Below are positions 1 through 12,718 of a stretch of 64,000 nucleotides of DNA, one piece after another. The stretch comes from an uncultured Actinomycetes bacterium. GTDB lineage: Bacteria; Actinomycetota; Thermoleophilia; Gaiellales; Gaiellaceae. The DNA is taken from contig CAVQIS010000005.1 in NCBI GenBank assembly GCA_963712635.1, forward strand, positions 44,251 through 108,250. The letters are read 5' to 3'. The notes below the pieces were generated by a model that was given only the letters and a program-made list of their open reading frames with translations, ran no database searches and was not told the origin of the DNA. Position 1 is the first letter of the stretch. Each line of letters opens with the position of its first letter. The position numbers were made by a program, and so were the translations under genes.

Positions 1-615
1 AGTGGAGCGTGTAGATGCCCTTCGCCCGCCCCACCGGCTCCGGGAACTCGCGCTCCGCCTCGCCGGAAAGCGGCTCGACCTCCTCCAGCTCTCCGGCCCG
101 CAGAACGACCGGCCGCATCTGCAGCTCGTCGCGCAGCGTCTGCACCGAGTAGGGCGCCGGGAACGGGTGGTTCGCGGCAGCCGGGTCGCGCGTCGCGGCC
201 CAGATCTCCATCGACAGAGGATCGCCTCCCAGACGACGCGCCGCCGCAGCCGCGAGCAGGTTCGTCTTCCCGGGAGCCGAGCCGAGCCCGAGCACGCGGT
301 CAAGCCGGCCGAGCCGAACTCAGCGTCCAGCGCGAGCTGCTCGCGCGTCACGTGGAAGAGCCCGCCCAGGTCGACGTAGTGCGCGCCCGCTCCCAGCGCG
401 CCGCGCATCACGTCGAGGTTCAGCCGGTAGTCCGCCGCGTTCACGACGACCTCGGCGCCCTCCAGCGCGCGCCCGAGCGAAGCGGCATCCCGCGCGTCCA
501 CGTGCTCGTCTCCCTCGAGCCGGAAGTCCCTCCGGGCCACGTCCGCGCCCCACTCCTCGAGGAACGCCGTGACGTTCCGCCCGATAGTCCCAGTTGCCCC
601 GACGACGGCGATCAC
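1..615 (-). CDS. saccharopine dehydrogenase-like NAD(P)-binding protein, N-terminal ~200 codons (gene runs off the left edge); frame broken near 300
   Basis: Reverse translation from GTG at 615 gives [26 protein letters not shown]...[26 protein letters not shown]...[13 protein letters not shown] (Rossmann GxxGxxG plus the HYVDLGG motif). Homology continues only after a frame change around 295-305. It has no stop inside the window, so it is absent from the ORF track. Confidence 0.55.
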   Translation of the reverse strand, partial: MIAVVGATGTIGRNVTAFLEEWGADVARRDFRLEGDEHVDARDAASLGRALEGAEVVVNAADYRLNLDVMRGALGAGAHYVDLGGLFHVTREQLALDAEFGSAGLTACSGSARLPGRRTCSRLRRRVVWEAILCRWRSGPRRATRLPRTTRSRRPTRCRRCATSCRCGRSFCGPESWRRSSRFPARRSASSRSRWGGRRASTRST

Positions 616-629
616 GAGAGAATCGTCTC

Positions 630-1914
630 ATGGCGGTGGCAAAGCGCACCGAGAGTGAGCGCATCCTGGCGGCCCGCGAGCAGTACGTCCCCCGCGGAAT
701 CGCCACGCCGCCGATCGTGGTGGAGCGCGCGGAAGGCGCCCGGGTCGTGGACGTCGACGGCAAGGCGTACATCGACTTCGCCGGCGGCCTGGGCTGTCAG
801 AACACGGGCCACGGCTTCCCGCCCGCGGTCGCCGCGATGCACGAGCAGATCGACAGCTACCTGCACCAGTGCTTCATGGTCGGGGTGTACGAGCCGTACG
901 TCGAGGTCTGCCGCCGGCTCGCCGAGCTGTCGCCGTGCGCGGGGGAGAACCAGAAGAGCCTGCTCCTGAACTCGGGCGCCGAGGCGGTCGAGAACGCGGT
1001 CAAGATCGCTCGCGCCGCGACCGGACGCCCCGGGGTCATCGTCTTCGACAACGCCTTCCACGGCCGCACCCTCCTCACGATGACGATGACGCACAAGGAG
1101 ATCTACAAGCAGGGCTTCGGCCCGTTCGCGCCCGAGGTCTACCGAGCGCCCGGCCCGTACCCGTACCGAGGCGTGTCCTCGGACGACTCGCTCGACGCCC
1201 TCGCCGCGCTGATCGACCGGCACGAGATCGCCTGCGTCGTGCTCGAGCCGGTCCAGGGCGAGGGCGGCTTCGTCGACATGCCCGCCGACTTCCCGGGCCG
1301 GCTCGCCGAGCTGTGCCGAGAGCACGGCGTCCTGTACGTGGACGACGAGGTGCAATCCGGGATCGGTCGGACGGGGCCGGTCTGGGCGATCGAGCACTAC
1401 GAGACCGAGCCGGACCTGCTCGTGTCCGGCAAGTCGCTCGGAGGCGGGCTGCCGCTGGCCGCGGTCACCGGCCGGGCCGAGGTGATGGACGCGCCGCATC
1501 CCGGCGGCCTCGGCGGGACGTTCGGCGGCAACCCGGTCGCCTGCGCCGCCGCGCTCGCGGTCCTCGACGAGGTCTCGACCGACGAGTTCCGCGACGCACG
1601 CGCTGGAGCTCGCCGCCACGATCCGCACCCGCCTCGACGGGCTCGCCTCCCGCGTCGACCAGGTCGGCGACGTGCGCGGCATCGGCGCGATGCTCGCCCT
1701 CGAGCTCGTCACCGACCGCGAATCGAAGGAGCCCGCCGCCGACCTCGCCAAGCGCACCACCGAAGCGGCGCGGGAGCGCGGCCTGATCCTCCTCTCCTGC
1801 GGGACGCTCGGCAACGTCATCCGCATCCTCGTTCCGTTGGTCATCTCCGACGACGATCTCGCCCGGGGTCTCGAGATCCTGGAGGAGTCGCTTGTCGACG
1901 CAGCCGCAGGCTGA
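630..1914 (+). CDS. gabT: 4-aminobutyrate aminotransferase (class III PLP enzyme); one frame break near 1600
   Basis: ORF 594..2675 from MAVAKRTE carries [58 protein letters not shown] and [10 protein letters not shown] (PLP Lys). The C-terminus continues in ORF 1672..1914 ([11 protein letters not shown]...[11 protein letters not shown]). Length = 1 mod 3. Confidence 0.85.
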
Positions 1915-2949
1915 CGTACGGCTCGAAAGCGTCCGGAAGGCCTACGGCGACGTCGTCGCGGTCGACGGCATCGACCTCGAGGTCCCCGCAGGGCGAGTTC
2001 TTCACCATGCTCGGCCCGTCCGGCTCCGGCAAGACGACGACGCTGCGCCTGATCGCCGGCTTCGAGTCGCCCGACGAGGGCCGCATCCTCCTGAAGGGCG
2101 CCGACGTCACCGCCCAGCCGCCCTACGAGCGAGACGTGAACACCGTCTTCCAGGACTACGCGCTCTTCCCGCACATGACGGTCGGCGAGAACGTCGCGTA
2201 CGGGCTCAAGATCAAGCGCATCAAGAAGGCCGAGCGCACGAAGCGGACGGCCGAGGTGCTCGAGCTCGTGCGGCTCGGCGGGCTGATGGGCCGCAAGCCG
2301 TCGCAGCTCTCCGGAGGCCAGCGCCAGCGGGTCGCGCTCGCCCGCGCGATCGTCAACCATCCGCAGGTGCTCCTGCTCGACGAGCCGCTCGGGGCGCTCG
2401 ACCTGAAGCTCCGCCAGGAGATGCAGATCGAGCTGAAGCGGATCCAGCAGGAGGTCGGGATCACGTTCATCTACGTCACGCACGACCAGGAGGAGGCGCT
2501 GACGATGAGCGACCGGCTCGCGGTCTTCAACGACGGGCCGGATCGAGCAGGTCGGCGCGCCCGGCGGAGGTCTACGAGCACCCGCAGACCGAGTTCGTCG
2601 CAGGCTTCGTGGGCGTCTCGAACGTGCTCGAGCGCGCCAGAACGGGCACTCGAGCCGCTTCACCGTCCGTCCTGAGAAGATCCGCATGCTCGAGGAGCAC
2701 GAGGCGACCGAGCCCGGCGACGCATTCCGAGAGCCGGGCGCATCAGCGACGTCGTCTACATCGGGATGGTGACGCGCTACTCGGTCGACCTCGACGACGG
2801 TGGAGAGCTGATGGTCATCCGCCAGAACCTCGAAACGACATCCAGCCGAGGTGCTCGAGGCTCAGGGCCGGCGGGTCCGCCTCGCGTGGCGCCCAGAGCA
2901 CACGTATCGTGATCGAGCCGGGGGAAGAGAGGAGGAGCAGGATGAGTAA
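1892..2949 (+). CDS. potA: spermidine/putrescine-type ABC transporter ATP-binding protein, copy 1; several frame breaks
   Basis: The N-terminus is in ORF 1892..3238 ([23 protein letters not shown]). The core is in the frame of ORF 594..2675: [18 protein letters not shown] (Walker A), [25 protein letters not shown] (Walker B), YVTHDQEEA. The tail is [22 protein letters not shown]. The 3' end is approximate. Confidence 0.8.
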
Positions 2950-4157
2950 TGCGTTGAAGCGCGGCACTGGGAGCGCTGGCCCTCGCGAGTGCTCGTGGTC
3001 TTGCTCGCCTTTGCGGCTGCGGGCTGCGGCGGCGGAGCGGCGGGAGCAGCGCGGAGGAATCCCGCGGCGACGAATCGAGCCTGACGACATCGATCGGCCC
3101 GCGGCGAAGGCAAGCTCAACCTCGTCGCGTGGGCCGGCTACACGCAGACCGGAGTGGGCGAAGCCGTTCGAGCAGCAGACCGGCTGCAAGGTCAAGACGC
3201 AAGGACGCCGGCTCCTCGGACGAGATGGTCGACGCTGATGCGCCAGGGAGGCGGGCCAGTACGACGGCGTCTCCGCGTCGGGAGACGCGAGCGTGCGGCT
3301 GATCGCAGCGGCGACGTCGCAGCCGATCAACACCGGACCTGATCCCCGAACTACGCCGACTTCATGGAGGCGCTCAAGTCGCCGCCGCACAACACCGTGG
3401 ACGGCGAGCCACTACGGCGTCCCGCTCCGGTGGGGCCCGAACACGCTGCTCTACAGCACGGACAAGGTCACGCCGGCCCCGACGAGCTGGTCGTCGATCT
3501 ACGACACCGCAGTACAAGGGCAAGATCACGATCTACGACAACTCGATCTACATCGCGGACGCGGCCCTCTACCTCTCGAAGACGAAGCCCGACCTGGGGA
3601 TCGACGGAACCCGTACGAGCTGACCACAGGAGCAGTTCGACGCCGCGGTCGACCTGCTCAAGCAGCAGCGGCCGCTGCTGAAGAAGCTACTGGGCGCTCG
3701 ACGTCGCGACGAGATCCAGTCCTTCACGAACGGGGACGTCGAACATCGGCAGCGACGTGGCCGTACCAGGTGAACATGCTCCAGGCGGACAAGGTGCCGG
3801 TCAAGGACCTCATGCCGAAGGAGGGGGCGACCGGGTGGGCGGACACGTGGATGATCTCGTCGCAAGGCGAAGCACCCGAACTGCGCGTACCTCTGGATGA
3901 AGTACATCATCTCGCCGGAGGTGCAGGCCCAGCTGGCCGATCACTTCGGCGAGACGCCGGTCAACCCGAAGGCGTGCGCGTGACGATGGACAAGCTGAGC
4001 GCGGGCTCGTGCGAGCAGTACCACGCCGACGAGTCCCGCGTCGTATTTGGACAGCATCAAGTTCTGGAAGACGCCGACCGCCGACTGCGGCAACGGCGAG
4101 ACGAACTGCATGGACTACAACGACTGGCAGAAGGCCTGGACCGAGATCAGGGGCTAG
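2942..4157 (+). CDS. polyamine-type periplasmic substrate-binding lipoprotein (PotD/PotF family), copy 1; many frame breaks
   Basis: Pieces lie in all three frames: LVVLLAFAAAGCGGG (lipobox), EWAKPFEQQTGCKVK, HYGVPLRWGPNTLLYSTDKVTPAPTSWSSIYD (ORF 3293..4387), WPYQVNMLQADKVPVKDLMPKEGATGWADTWMISS, and FWKTPTADCGNGETNCMDYNDWQKAWTEIRG. Stop TAG at 4155-4157. Confidence 0.7.
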
Positions 4158-4166
4158 CGGCCTCCG

Positions 4167-5083
4167 TTGTCCGTAGACGTCGCACGGGGCGGGCCGTCGA
4201 CCGACGGGCCCGCCGCCGCGTCTTCGGCCGCCTTCTGGCGGCGTCCGCTGGCTGCGGGCGCGGCGCTGCTCGGTCCCGCCGGCCGGGGCCTTCCTACGTC
4301 GTCTACGTCGGCTCGCTCGCGGTGCTGCTTGCTGTCGGCGTTCTGGACGCTCGACCCGTTCACGTGGCGAGATCGTCCACACGTTGACGCTCGACAACTT
4401 CCGCATCCTCTGGAAGCGAGCACGTGTACTGCGGATCGCCGTGGCGGACGATCGGCATGGCGGCCGCGGTGACGGTCGCGGACGCGCTCCTCGCCTTCCC
4501 GATCGCGTACTACATGGCGCGGGTCGCCGTCGCCGCGGACGCGCGGACGTGCTCTTGGTGCTGCGGTCCTGATGCCGCTGTGGTCGAGCTACCTCGTAAG
4601 GCACTACGCCTGGCGGACGATCCTCTCCCACGACGGCGCGCTCAACTGGGCGCTCGGCCGTCGGGCTCCCGGCTCAGACATCGGCTACACGAACTGGGCT
4701 CTGGCTCGTCTTCACGTACCTGTGGCTGCCGTTCATGATCCTGCCGGTCTACGCCGGGCTCGAGCGGATCCCCGACTCGTTCTCGAGGCCTCGCGCCGAC
4801 CTCGGGCGCCGAGTCGCTGCACACGTTCAGGCCGCGTGATCCTGCCGCTCGCGTTCCCGGCAGTCGTCGCCGGCTCGATCTTCACCTTCTCGCTCACGCT
4901 CGGCGACTACATCGCGCCCGGGCTGATCACGAGCGAGCAGTTCATCGGCAACGTCATCTACCGAACGTGCTCGGCCTGACGAACACTCCCGTTCGCGGCC
5001 GCGTACACGTTCGTGCCGATCGCGGTGATGGTCGCTCTACCTCGTGGTCGCGCGCCGCGCTCGGAGCGTTCGAGACCCTCTGA
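4167..5083 (+). CDS. ABC transporter permease (PotB-like), copy 1; many frame breaks
   Basis: Fragments: TLDNFRILW (ORF 4384..4572), TIGMAAAVTVADALLAFPIAYYMAR (ORF 4424..4738), and MPLWSSYLVRHYAWRTILSHDGALNWAL...VILPLAFPAVVAGSIFTFSLTLGDYIAPGLI (ORF 4572..4979). The tail VARRAGAFETL ends at TGA 5081-5083. The 5' end is approximate. Confidence 0.65.
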
Positions 5084-5913
5084 TGGCCGAGTCGCTGGCT
5101 ACACGGATCCTCTGCGGCTCGGCGATCTGGACCGACGCTCGTCGTCCTCTTACGCTGCTGCTCGCTCGTGATCAGCCTGTCTACGCGTTCAACGCGCAGG
5201 TCACCAGAGCTGGCCGATCCAGGACTTCACGCACGAAGTGGTTCCGGGTCGCGTACGCACGACGAGGGCGTGCGGGGCGCGCTCTGGCTCTCGGTGCAGG
5301 CGGCCTCGGCGCGACGGGCGTCGCGCTCGTGCTCGGGACGCTGGCTGTCGCTCGCGGTCTCGCGCTTCAGGTTCTTCGGGCGCGAGACGATCTCGTTCCT
5401 CGTCGTGCTGCCGATCGCGCTCCCCGGGATCATCACCGGGCTCGCGCTCCAGACGACCTTCTACGAACTTCTGGCATCGACGTTCGGCCTGCTGACGATC
5501 ATCGATCGGGCACGCGACCTTCTGCATCGTCGTCGTCTACAACAACGTCCTCGCCCGGCTGCGGCGGCCTCGCCGGCTCGCTCGAGGAGGCCTCGACGGA
5601 CCTCGGCGCGGACGCGCTGGCAGACCTTCCGCTACGTGACCTTCCCGGTGCTGTCGACGCGCGCTCCTCGCGGGCGCGCTGCTCGCGTTCGCGCTCTCGT
5701 TCGACGAGGTGATCGTCACGCTGTTCACCTCGGGCGCGCAGCAGACGCTCCCGATCTGGATCTTCGCCAACCTCCGGCCGGCCACGCGAGCTGCCGGTCG
5801 TCAACGTGGTCGCGCTCTTCGTCATCGTGCTCGATCGATTCCGGTCGTATCTCGCAGCAGAAGTTGAGCCCGGGGCAGTCACGGGCGTGCCAGGTGGCGA
5901 GACGAGCAGTTGA
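5083..5913 (+). CDS. ABC transporter permease (PotC-like), copy 1; many frame breaks
   Basis: ATG 5083 overlaps the preceding stop (TGATG). Fragments: [34 protein letters not shown] (ORF 5168..5968), [28 protein letters not shown]. The 3' end is uncertain (5913 or 5968). Confidence 0.6.
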
Positions 5914-5969
5914 GTCCGTCCGGGGTAGGAGTACCTTCCTAACTGCGACGCAACGGAGAGGAGTCTGAG

Positions 5970-7406
5970 ATGAGCGTCACGGTTTCCACGTTCCAGAATT
6001 TCGTCGGCGGCAAGTGGGTCGACGCGGCCGAGGGCGGGACGGCCGAGATCGTCAACCCGTCCACGGGAGAGACGATCTCCGAGGTTCCGAACGGGACCCA
6101 GGCGGACGTCGACCGCGCGGTCGAGGCCGCGAAGACGGCGCTGCCCGAGTGGCTGGAGACGACGCCCGGCGAGCGCGCCGAGATGATGCTCAAGCTCGCG
6201 GACGCGCTCGACGCCAACACGGAGGAGCTGGCTCAGCTCGAGTCCCAGAACGTCGGCAAGCCGCTGCCCGCGGCGCGGGACGAGATGCCCGTTTCCTCGG
6301 ACAACATCCGCTTCTTCGCCGGCGCGGCGCGCACGCTCGAAGGTCGCGCAGCGGGCGAGTACATGCGCGGGTACACGTCGATGATCCGCCGCGAGCCGGT
6401 CGGGATCGTCGGCCAGATCTCCCCCTGGAACTACCCGCTGATGATGGCCGTCTGGAAGATCGCGCCGGCGCTGGCCGCGGGCAACGTGGTCGTGCTCAAG
6501 CCGTCCGAGCAGACGCCCATGACGACGCTGCGGATGGCGCAGCTCGCGGAGGAGATCTTCCCCGCCGGGGTCCTGAACGTGATCACCGGCGACGGCGAGC
6601 CGGTCGGCGCGGGCATCGTGCGCCATCCAGACGTGCGCATGGTCTCGCTCACCGGCGACGTGGCCACGGGCAGGGAGGTCGCGCGCGCCGCGGCGGACAA
6701 CCTCAAGCGCGTCCACCTCGAGCTCGGCGGCAAGGCGCCCGTGATCGTCTTCGACGACGCGGACCCGGTCGCCGTCGCCGAGGGGATCAAGATCGCCGGC
6801 TACTGGAACTCCGGCCAGGACTGCACCGCCGCCTCGCGCGTGATGGCCGGGCCGAAGGTCTACGACAAGCTCCTCGACGAGCTCGTGCCCGCGGTCGAGT
6901 CGCTCCAGGTCGGCGACCCGGCGACGAGCGAGGACATCGAGATGGGGCCGGTGATCTCGAAGGCGCAGCAGGAGCGGATCTTCGGCTTCCTCGAGCGCGC
7001 GTCGGGCGCGAAGGTGCTCACGGGCGGCGGCTCGAACGGCGACCGCGGGTTCTTCGTGCAGCCGACCGTCGTCGCGGACGTCGGCCAGGAGGACGAGATC
7101 GTGCAGAAGGAGGTCTTCGGGCCGGTCGTCACCGTGCAGCGCTTCGCAGAGGACGACGAGGCGCTCGCGTGGGCGAACGACGTCGACTACGGGCTCTCGG
7201 CCTCGGTCTGGACTCGCGACATCGGCCGTGCGCTGAACGCGGCGCGCAGGCTCCAGTTCGGGACGGTCTGGATCAACGACCACATCCCGCTCGTCTCCGA
7301 GATGCCGCACGGCGGCTACAAGCAGTCCGGGTACGGCAAGGACCTCTCGGTCTACTCGCTCGAGGACTACACCCAGATCAAGCACGTGATGGCCAAGATC
7401 GACTGA
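5970..7406 (+). CDS. NAD-dependent aldehyde dehydrogenase, gamma-aminobutyraldehyde dehydrogenase-like
   Basis: Intact ORF (478 aa) with a GGAGAGGAG ribosome-binding site upstream. ALDH hallmarks: [25 protein letters not shown] (catalytic Glu), GQDCTAASR (Cys nucleophile), [11 protein letters not shown]. Confidence 0.9.
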   Translation: MSVTVSTFQNFVGGKWVDAAEGGTAEIVNPSTGETISEVPNGTQADVDRAVEAAKTALPEWLETTPGERAEMMLKLADALDANTEELAQLESQNVGKPLPAARDEMPVSSDNIRFFAGAARTLEGRAAGEYMRGYTSMIRREPVGIVGQISPWNYPLMMAVWKIAPALAAGNVVVLKPSEQTPMTTLRMAQLAEEIFPAGVLNVITGDGEPVGAGIVRHPDVRMVSLTGDVATGREVARAAADNLKRVHLELGGKAPVIVFDDADPVAVAEGIKIAGYWNSGQDCTAASRVMAGPKVYDKLLDELVPAVESLQVGDPATSEDIEMGPVISKAQQERIFGFLERASGAKVLTGGGSNGDRGFFVQPTVVADVGQEDEIVQKEVFGPVVTVQRFAEDDEALAWANDVDYGLSASVWTRDIGRALNAARRLQFGTVWINDHIPLVSEMPHGGYKQSGYGKDLSVYSLEDYTQIKHVMAKID

Positions 7407-7407
7407 C

Positions 7408-8784
7408 ATGACCGCTGCGGTGACCTCGGCAAGAGGCGTGATCGACCGGGGCCGCCTGAGCGGGCTGCTCGAGCACGAGATCGAGGCCTTTCGCGAGAGC
7501 CATCCGCGGTCGCTCGAGCTGAGCGAGCGCTCCCGCTCGTCTCTTCTTTTCGGCGTCCCGATGAGCTGGATGGCGCGCTGGGCAGGCGGGTTCCCGGTGT
7601 TCGTCCAGGAGGCCCGCGGCGCACGGATCGTCGACGTCGACGGCCACGAGTACGTCGACCTCTGTCTCGGCGACACGGGCGCGATGGCCGGGCACGCTCC
7701 CGAGCCCGTGGTGCGGGCGGTCGCCGACCAGGCCGGGCGCGGCTCGACCGCGATGCTCCCGACCGAGGACGCAGCCTGGGTCGGAGAAGAGCTCGCGCGC
7801 CGTTTCGGCGTTCCGCTGTGGCAGTTCGCGCTGACCGCGACCGACGCGAACCGCTGGGCGCTCCGCCTCGCCCGTGAGGTGACCGGCCGCGGAAAGGTGC
7901 TCGTCTTCGACTGGTGCTACCACGGCTCGGTCGACGAGACGCTGGCGACGACGCAGCACGGCGTCGTGGGACCGCGGCTCGGCAACGTCGGCCCGTCCAT
8001 CCACCCCGCCCTGACGACGAAGGTCGTCCAGTTCAACGACCTCTACGCCGTCGAGCAGGCGCTCGAGGCCGGCGACGTGGCGTGCGTCCTCGCGGAGCCG
8101 GCGCTCACGAACATCGGGATCGTCCTCCCCGAGGACGGGTTCCACGAGGGCCTTCGGAACCTGACGCGCGAGACCGGAACCCTGCTCGTGATCGACGAGA
8201 CGCACACGCTCAGCGCAGGCCCGGGCGGGTGCACGAGGGCCTGGAGTCTCGAGCCGGACATCGTCACCGTCGGCAAGGCGATCGGAGGCGGAGTGCCGGC
8301 AGCCGCGTTCGGCGTCACGGCCGACCTCGCCGACCGGATCGCCGGGCGAGCCGAAGCCGACTACGAGGACGTCGGCGGCATCGGCGGCACGCTCGCCGGC
8401 AACGCGCTCTCCCTGGCCGCGATCCGCGCGACGCTCGAGCACGTACTCACGGAGGAGGCGTATGTGCGAACGATCCCGCTGGGCGAGCGGTTCGCGGCCG
8501 AGGTCACGGAGACGATCGACGCGCACGCCCTGCCGTGGCACGTGACGCAGCTCGGCTGCCGGGCCGAGTACCGCTTCAGCCCGAGCCCGCCCAAGACGGG
8601 TGCCGAGGCGGCAGCCGCGATCGACGCGGACCTCGACCGGTTCATGCACGTCTACGCCCTGAACCGCGGCGTGATCCTGACGCCGTTCCACAACATGGCG
8701 CTGATGTCGCCGGCGACCACCGAAGCCGACGTGGACGCGCATGGCAAGGTCTTCCGCGCAGCCGTGAAGGACCTCCTTGACTAG
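7408..8784 (+). CDS. class III PLP aminotransferase (glutamate-1-semialdehyde aminomutase-like omega-transaminase)
   Basis: Intact ORF (458 aa) that starts 2 nt after the ALDH stop. Motifs: [41 protein letters not shown] (PLP Lys). Confidence 0.85.
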   Translation: MTAAVTSARGVIDRGRLSGLLEHEIEAFRESHPRSLELSERSRSSLLFGVPMSWMARWAGGFPVFVQEARGARIVDVDGHEYVDLCLGDTGAMAGHAPEPVVRAVADQAGRGSTAMLPTEDAAWVGEELARRFGVPLWQFALTATDANRWALRLAREVTGRGKVLVFDWCYHGSVDETLATTQHGVVGPRLGNVGPSIHPALTTKVVQFNDLYAVEQALEAGDVACVLAEPALTNIGIVLPEDGFHEGLRNLTRETGTLLVIDETHTLSAGPGGCTRAWSLEPDIVTVGKAIGGGVPAAAFGVTADLADRIAGRAEADYEDVGGIGGTLAGNALSLAAIRATLEHVLTEEAYVRTIPLGERFAAEVTETIDAHALPWHVTQLGCRAEYRFSPSPPKTGAEAAAAIDADLDRFMHVYALNRGVILTPFHNMALMSPATTEADVDAHGKVFRAAVKDLLD

Positions 8785-9896
8785 CACCGTGCAGCCCCAG
8801 ACCGAGCCGACCCGAGCGGGAAAGCCGGCAGACGTCCGGCTGGACGGCGTCACGAAGAACTTCGACGACGTGGTCGCCGTGAACGACATCTCGCTCGAGG
8901 TCCCGCGGGGCAGCTTCTTCGCGCTCCTCGGCCCCTCCGGCTGCGGCAAGACGACGACCCTGCGGATGATCGGCGGCTTCGAGCAGCCCACCGACGGCGC
9001 GATCTACCTCGGCGACCGCGACGTCGTCGGACTGCCTCCGTACAAACGTGACGTGAACACGGTCTTCCAGAACTACGCGCTCTTCCCGCACCTCTCGATC
9101 TTCGAGAACGTCGCATTCGGGATGCGCCGCAAGGGAGTGCGCAAGGCCGACCTGGCCGGCCGCGTGCGCGGGATTCTCCGGCTCGTCGACCTGGAGGGCA
9201 TGGAGAAGCGCAAGCCGCGCCAGCTCTCCGGCGGCCAGCAGCAGCGCGTCGCCCTCGCGCGCGCGCTCGTGAACAAGCCCCAGGTGCTGCTCCTGGACGA
9301 GCCGCTGGGCGCGCTCGACCTCAAGCTCCGGCGGCAGATGCAGCTCGAGCTGAAGGCGATCCAGCACGATGTCGGCATCACGTTCATCCACGTGACGCAC
9401 GACCAGGAGGAGGCGATGACGATGGCCGACACGATCGCCGTGATGAACCGGGGCCGCGTCGAGCAGCTCGGGCCTCCGAACGAGCTCTACGAGCGGCCGC
9501 AGACCGCCTTCGTCGCCGGCTTCCTCGGAGTGTCGAACCTCCTGCCCGGGAACCGCGACCGGGCCGACGACGATCGCCGTCGACGGCGGACCGGCGGTCG
9601 AGGTCCACCCGGAGGCGCTGAACGGGCGCACCGGCCGCGTGGCGGTCGGCATCCGGCCCGAGAAGATCCGGGTCGGCCCGGACCAGGTGAACACCCTGTC
9701 CGGAAAGGTCTTCGAATCTGCCTACGTGGGCGTTTCCACCCAGTACGTCGTGGACACGCCCGCCGGGCGCGTCACCGTGTACGTGCAGAACCTCGAGCCG
9801 GGCTCCGGAGTGGCCAAGCCCGGAGACCCGATCACCGTAGGGTTCGACCCCGAGGCCACCTTCGTCGTCGATCTTCCAGAGGAGGAAATGGCGTGA
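8777..9896 (+). CDS. potA: spermidine/putrescine-type ABC transporter ATP-binding protein, copy 2; one frame break near 9560
   Basis: ORF 8777..11062 N-terminus: [73 protein letters not shown]. The C-terminus is in ORF 9639..9896 ([12 protein letters not shown]...[11 protein letters not shown]). Length = 1 mod 3. Confidence 0.85.
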
Positions 9897-11051
9897 CCGA
9901 CATGCTGACCCGAGAAGAGCTCCTGCGGCGAGCCGGGTTCGGAGCGGCGATGCTCTCGATTCCCGGGCTCGCGGCCGCGTGCGGCGGAAGTAGCGGCGGG
10001 GGCGACGCGAGCGGCACCACGCAGAAGCTGGCTCGACACGCTGCGCTTCGCGAACTGGCCGCTCTACATCGACTACGACGAGAAGACGAAGCGGTACCCG
10101 ACGCTCGACGCGTTCACGAAGAAGACCGGCGTCAAGGTCGACTACACGGAGGACATCAACTCGAACTCCGAGTACTTCGGGAAGATCCAGGGCCCGCTCT
10201 CGCGGGGGCAGTCGATCAACGAGGACATCATCGTCCTCACCGACAACGAGCGCTACCTGTCCCTGATGATCGAGAAGGGCTGGGTCGAGGAGCTCGACAA
10301 GGACGCGATCCCGAACATCATCAACCTCGCGGACGTCCAGAAGCACCCGGGCTTCGACCCCGACCGGAAGTACAGCCTGCCGTGGCAGTCCGGCATGACC
10401 GGCATCGCCTACAACCCGAAGCTGACGAAGCCGATCCTCTCGATCGACCAGCTGCTCGAGGACAAGAGCCTCAAGGGGCAGATCACCGTCCTCAACAGCT
10501 TCGCGGACACGCTCGGCCTCGTGATGCTCTCGAACGGCGACGACCCGAGCAAGGTTACGGACGCCTCTTCAAGGCCGCGATCGACCGGATCAAGGCCGCG
10601 TCCGACAACGGCCAGATCCGCCAGTTCACCGGGAACGAATACGCCGGCCCGCTCAGCAAGGGCGACCTCAAGGCCTGCGTCGCCTGGTCGGGCGACATCG
10701 TCCAGCTCCTGCCGGACAACCCGGACCTGAAGTGGAACATCCCGGCCGAAGGCGGGATGATCTGGACGGACAACATGCTCATCCCGAAGGGCGGCGACGC
10801 GTACACGGCGTCGGTGTACATGAACTACGCCTACATCCCCGCCGTCGCCGCCAAGATCGCCGCTTACATCCAGTACGTGACGCCGGTGAAGGGCACACAG
10901 CAGGCGATGTCCAAGGTCGACCCGAGCCTCGCCGGCAACCAGCTGATCTTCCCGACGCGACGCGACGCTCGACAAGGTGCACCTGATCGACCCGGCGGCG
11001 CTCAAGAACCAGAGCTACAACGAGCAGTGGCAGGCCGTGCTCGGCGCCTGA
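9893..11051 (+). CDS. polyamine-type substrate-binding lipoprotein, copy 2 (Tat-like signal plus lipobox); about 4 frame breaks
   Basis: GTG 9893 overlaps the potA-2 stop (GTGA). The N-terminus [27 protein letters not shown] has a twin-Arg and a lipobox. The body lies in ORF 10266..10730 ([21 protein letters not shown]...[16 protein letters not shown]) and in ORF 8777 ([25 protein letters not shown]...[28 protein letters not shown]). The tail is [10 protein letters not shown], with stop at 11049-11051. Confidence 0.75.
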
Positions 11052-11090
11052 CGCGCATCTAGGCCGTGGGCTTCTTCCACCGCCACCGAG

Positions 11091-11926
11091 GTGCTGACGC
11101 CGTACCTCCTGCTCTTGCCGGGCATGGCCTGGCTGGCCATCTTCTTCCTGGTCCCGCTGGGGTTCCTCGCGTACCAGTCGCTCCAGTCGGGGACGTTCGA
11201 CGTCGGCTACGCGTTCGACTGGGCCTGGGGCAACTACTGGGACACGCTCCAGCGCTACCACCCGTGGCTCGTCCGCTCGCTCATCTACGCGGGCCTGGCG
11301 ACGCTGATCGCGCTCCTCATCAGCTACCCGCTCGCGTACTGGATCGCGTTCCGCGGCGGGCCGCTGGAAGAACGTGCTGCTCGTGATGATCATCGCGCCC
11401 TTCTTCGTCACGTACCTGATCCGGACGCTCGCCTGGGAGACGATCCTCGCCGACCAGGGGCCGGTCGTCGGCGATCCTGCGCGACGTCGGGATTCTCGAC
11501 GACAACGGCCGGCTGCTCGCAACGTCGCTGGCCGTCGTCGCGGGCATCACCTACAACTTCCTGCCCTTCATGGCGCTGCCGCTCTACGTGTCGCTGGAGG
11601 CGATCGACCACCGTCTGATCGAGGCGGCCGAGGATCTCTACGCGAGCAAGGTCCAGGCGTTCCTGCGCGTGACGCTGCCGCTCTCGATGCCGGGCCTCGT
11701 CGCGGGCACGCTCCTGACGTTCATCCCGGCCACCGGCGACTTCATCAACGCCCAGCTGCTCGGCACTCCGAAGCAGGCCATGATCGGGAACGTCATCCAG
11801 TCGAAGTTCTTCAACCTGCTCGACTACCCGGGAGCGGCGGCGTTGTCCTTCACGCTGATGGCCGCGGTGCTGATCCTGATCGCGATCTACGCGCGCGCGA
11901 TCGGCACGGAGAAGCTGACCGGATGA
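11091..11926 (+). CDS. ABC transporter permease (PotB-like), copy 2; about 3 frame breaks
   Basis: ORF 11091..11618 N-terminus (LTPYLLLLPGMAWLAIFFLVPLGFLAYQS...LISYPLAYWIAFRGG), then ORF 11374 (VMIIAPFFVTYLIRTLAWETIL), then ORF 11570..11926 (ALPLYVSLEAIDHRLIEAAEDLYASK...LTFIPATGDFINAQLLG). Confidence 0.75.
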
Positions 11927-12718
11927 CGTTCGTCCGCAGGCACCTGCTCACGGCCTACGCGATCTTGGCGTTCGCGTACCTGCTCGTCCCGATCGCGGTC
12001 GTGATCATGTTCTCGTTCAACGACCCGGGCGGGCGCTACAACTTCACGTGGCAGGGGTTCACGCTCGACCAGTGGCGAACTGGGACGGCGTCCCGGCCCT
12101 GAAGGACGCGATGATCGCTCTCGCTGGAGATCGCCCTCGTGGCGAGCATCGTCGCGACCGTGCTCGGAACCCTGATCGCGCTCGCGCTCGTCCGCTACGG
12201 GTTCCGCGGCCGCGGCGCGACGAACCTCCTCATCTTCGTGCCGATGGCGACGCCCGAGGTCGTCCTCGCCGCAGCGCTGCTCACGCTCTTCCTGAACGTC
12301 ACGCGTCGTCACGCTCGGCTTCGGAACGATCCTGATCGCGCACATCATGTTCTGCATCAGCTACGTCGTCGTCACCGTCAAGGCGCGGCTGATCGGCTTC
12401 GACCGGAACCTCGAGGAGGCGGCGATGGATCTCGGCGCGAACGAGTTCACGACCTTTCGCAAGGTGACGCTTCCGCTGATCGCGCCGGCCATCGTCGCGG
12501 GCGCGCTCCTCTCGTTCGCGCTCTCGATCGACGACTTCGTGATCACGTACTTCAATGCCGGCTCCGAGATCACGTTCCCGATCTTCGTCTGGGGCTCGGC
12601 GCAGCGCGGTGTGCCGCCGCAGGTCAACGTCTTCGGTACCGTGATCTTCGTCTTCGCGCTGACCTTGATGGTCGTGAACGTCCTCTACCAGCGGCGAAGG
12701 GAAGGGCAGGCAGCATGA
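11923..12718 (+). CDS. ABC transporter permease (PotC-like), copy 2; about 3 frame breaks
   Basis: ATGA overlap with the upstream permease. N-terminus MTFVRRHLLTAYAILAFAYLLVPIAVVIMFSFND, middle VASIVATVLGTLIALALVRYGFRGRGATNLLIFVPMATPEVV (ORF 12139), C-terminus in ORF 12347..12718 (EAAMDLGANEFTTFRKVTLPLIAPAIVAGALLSFALSIDDFVITYF). Confidence 0.75.

Noticed and set aside
612-2687. Very long antisense ORFs (for example 612..2687 minus, 5499..7676 minus, 30291..32282 minus, 15558..16661 minus, 57120..59420 upstream part, 6014..7411 plus).
   Set aside because: These are shadow ORFs typical of very GC-rich DNA. Their translations are Arg/Pro/Ala/Gly-rich low-complexity strings without motifs, and they lie opposite or out of frame to genes with clear homology.
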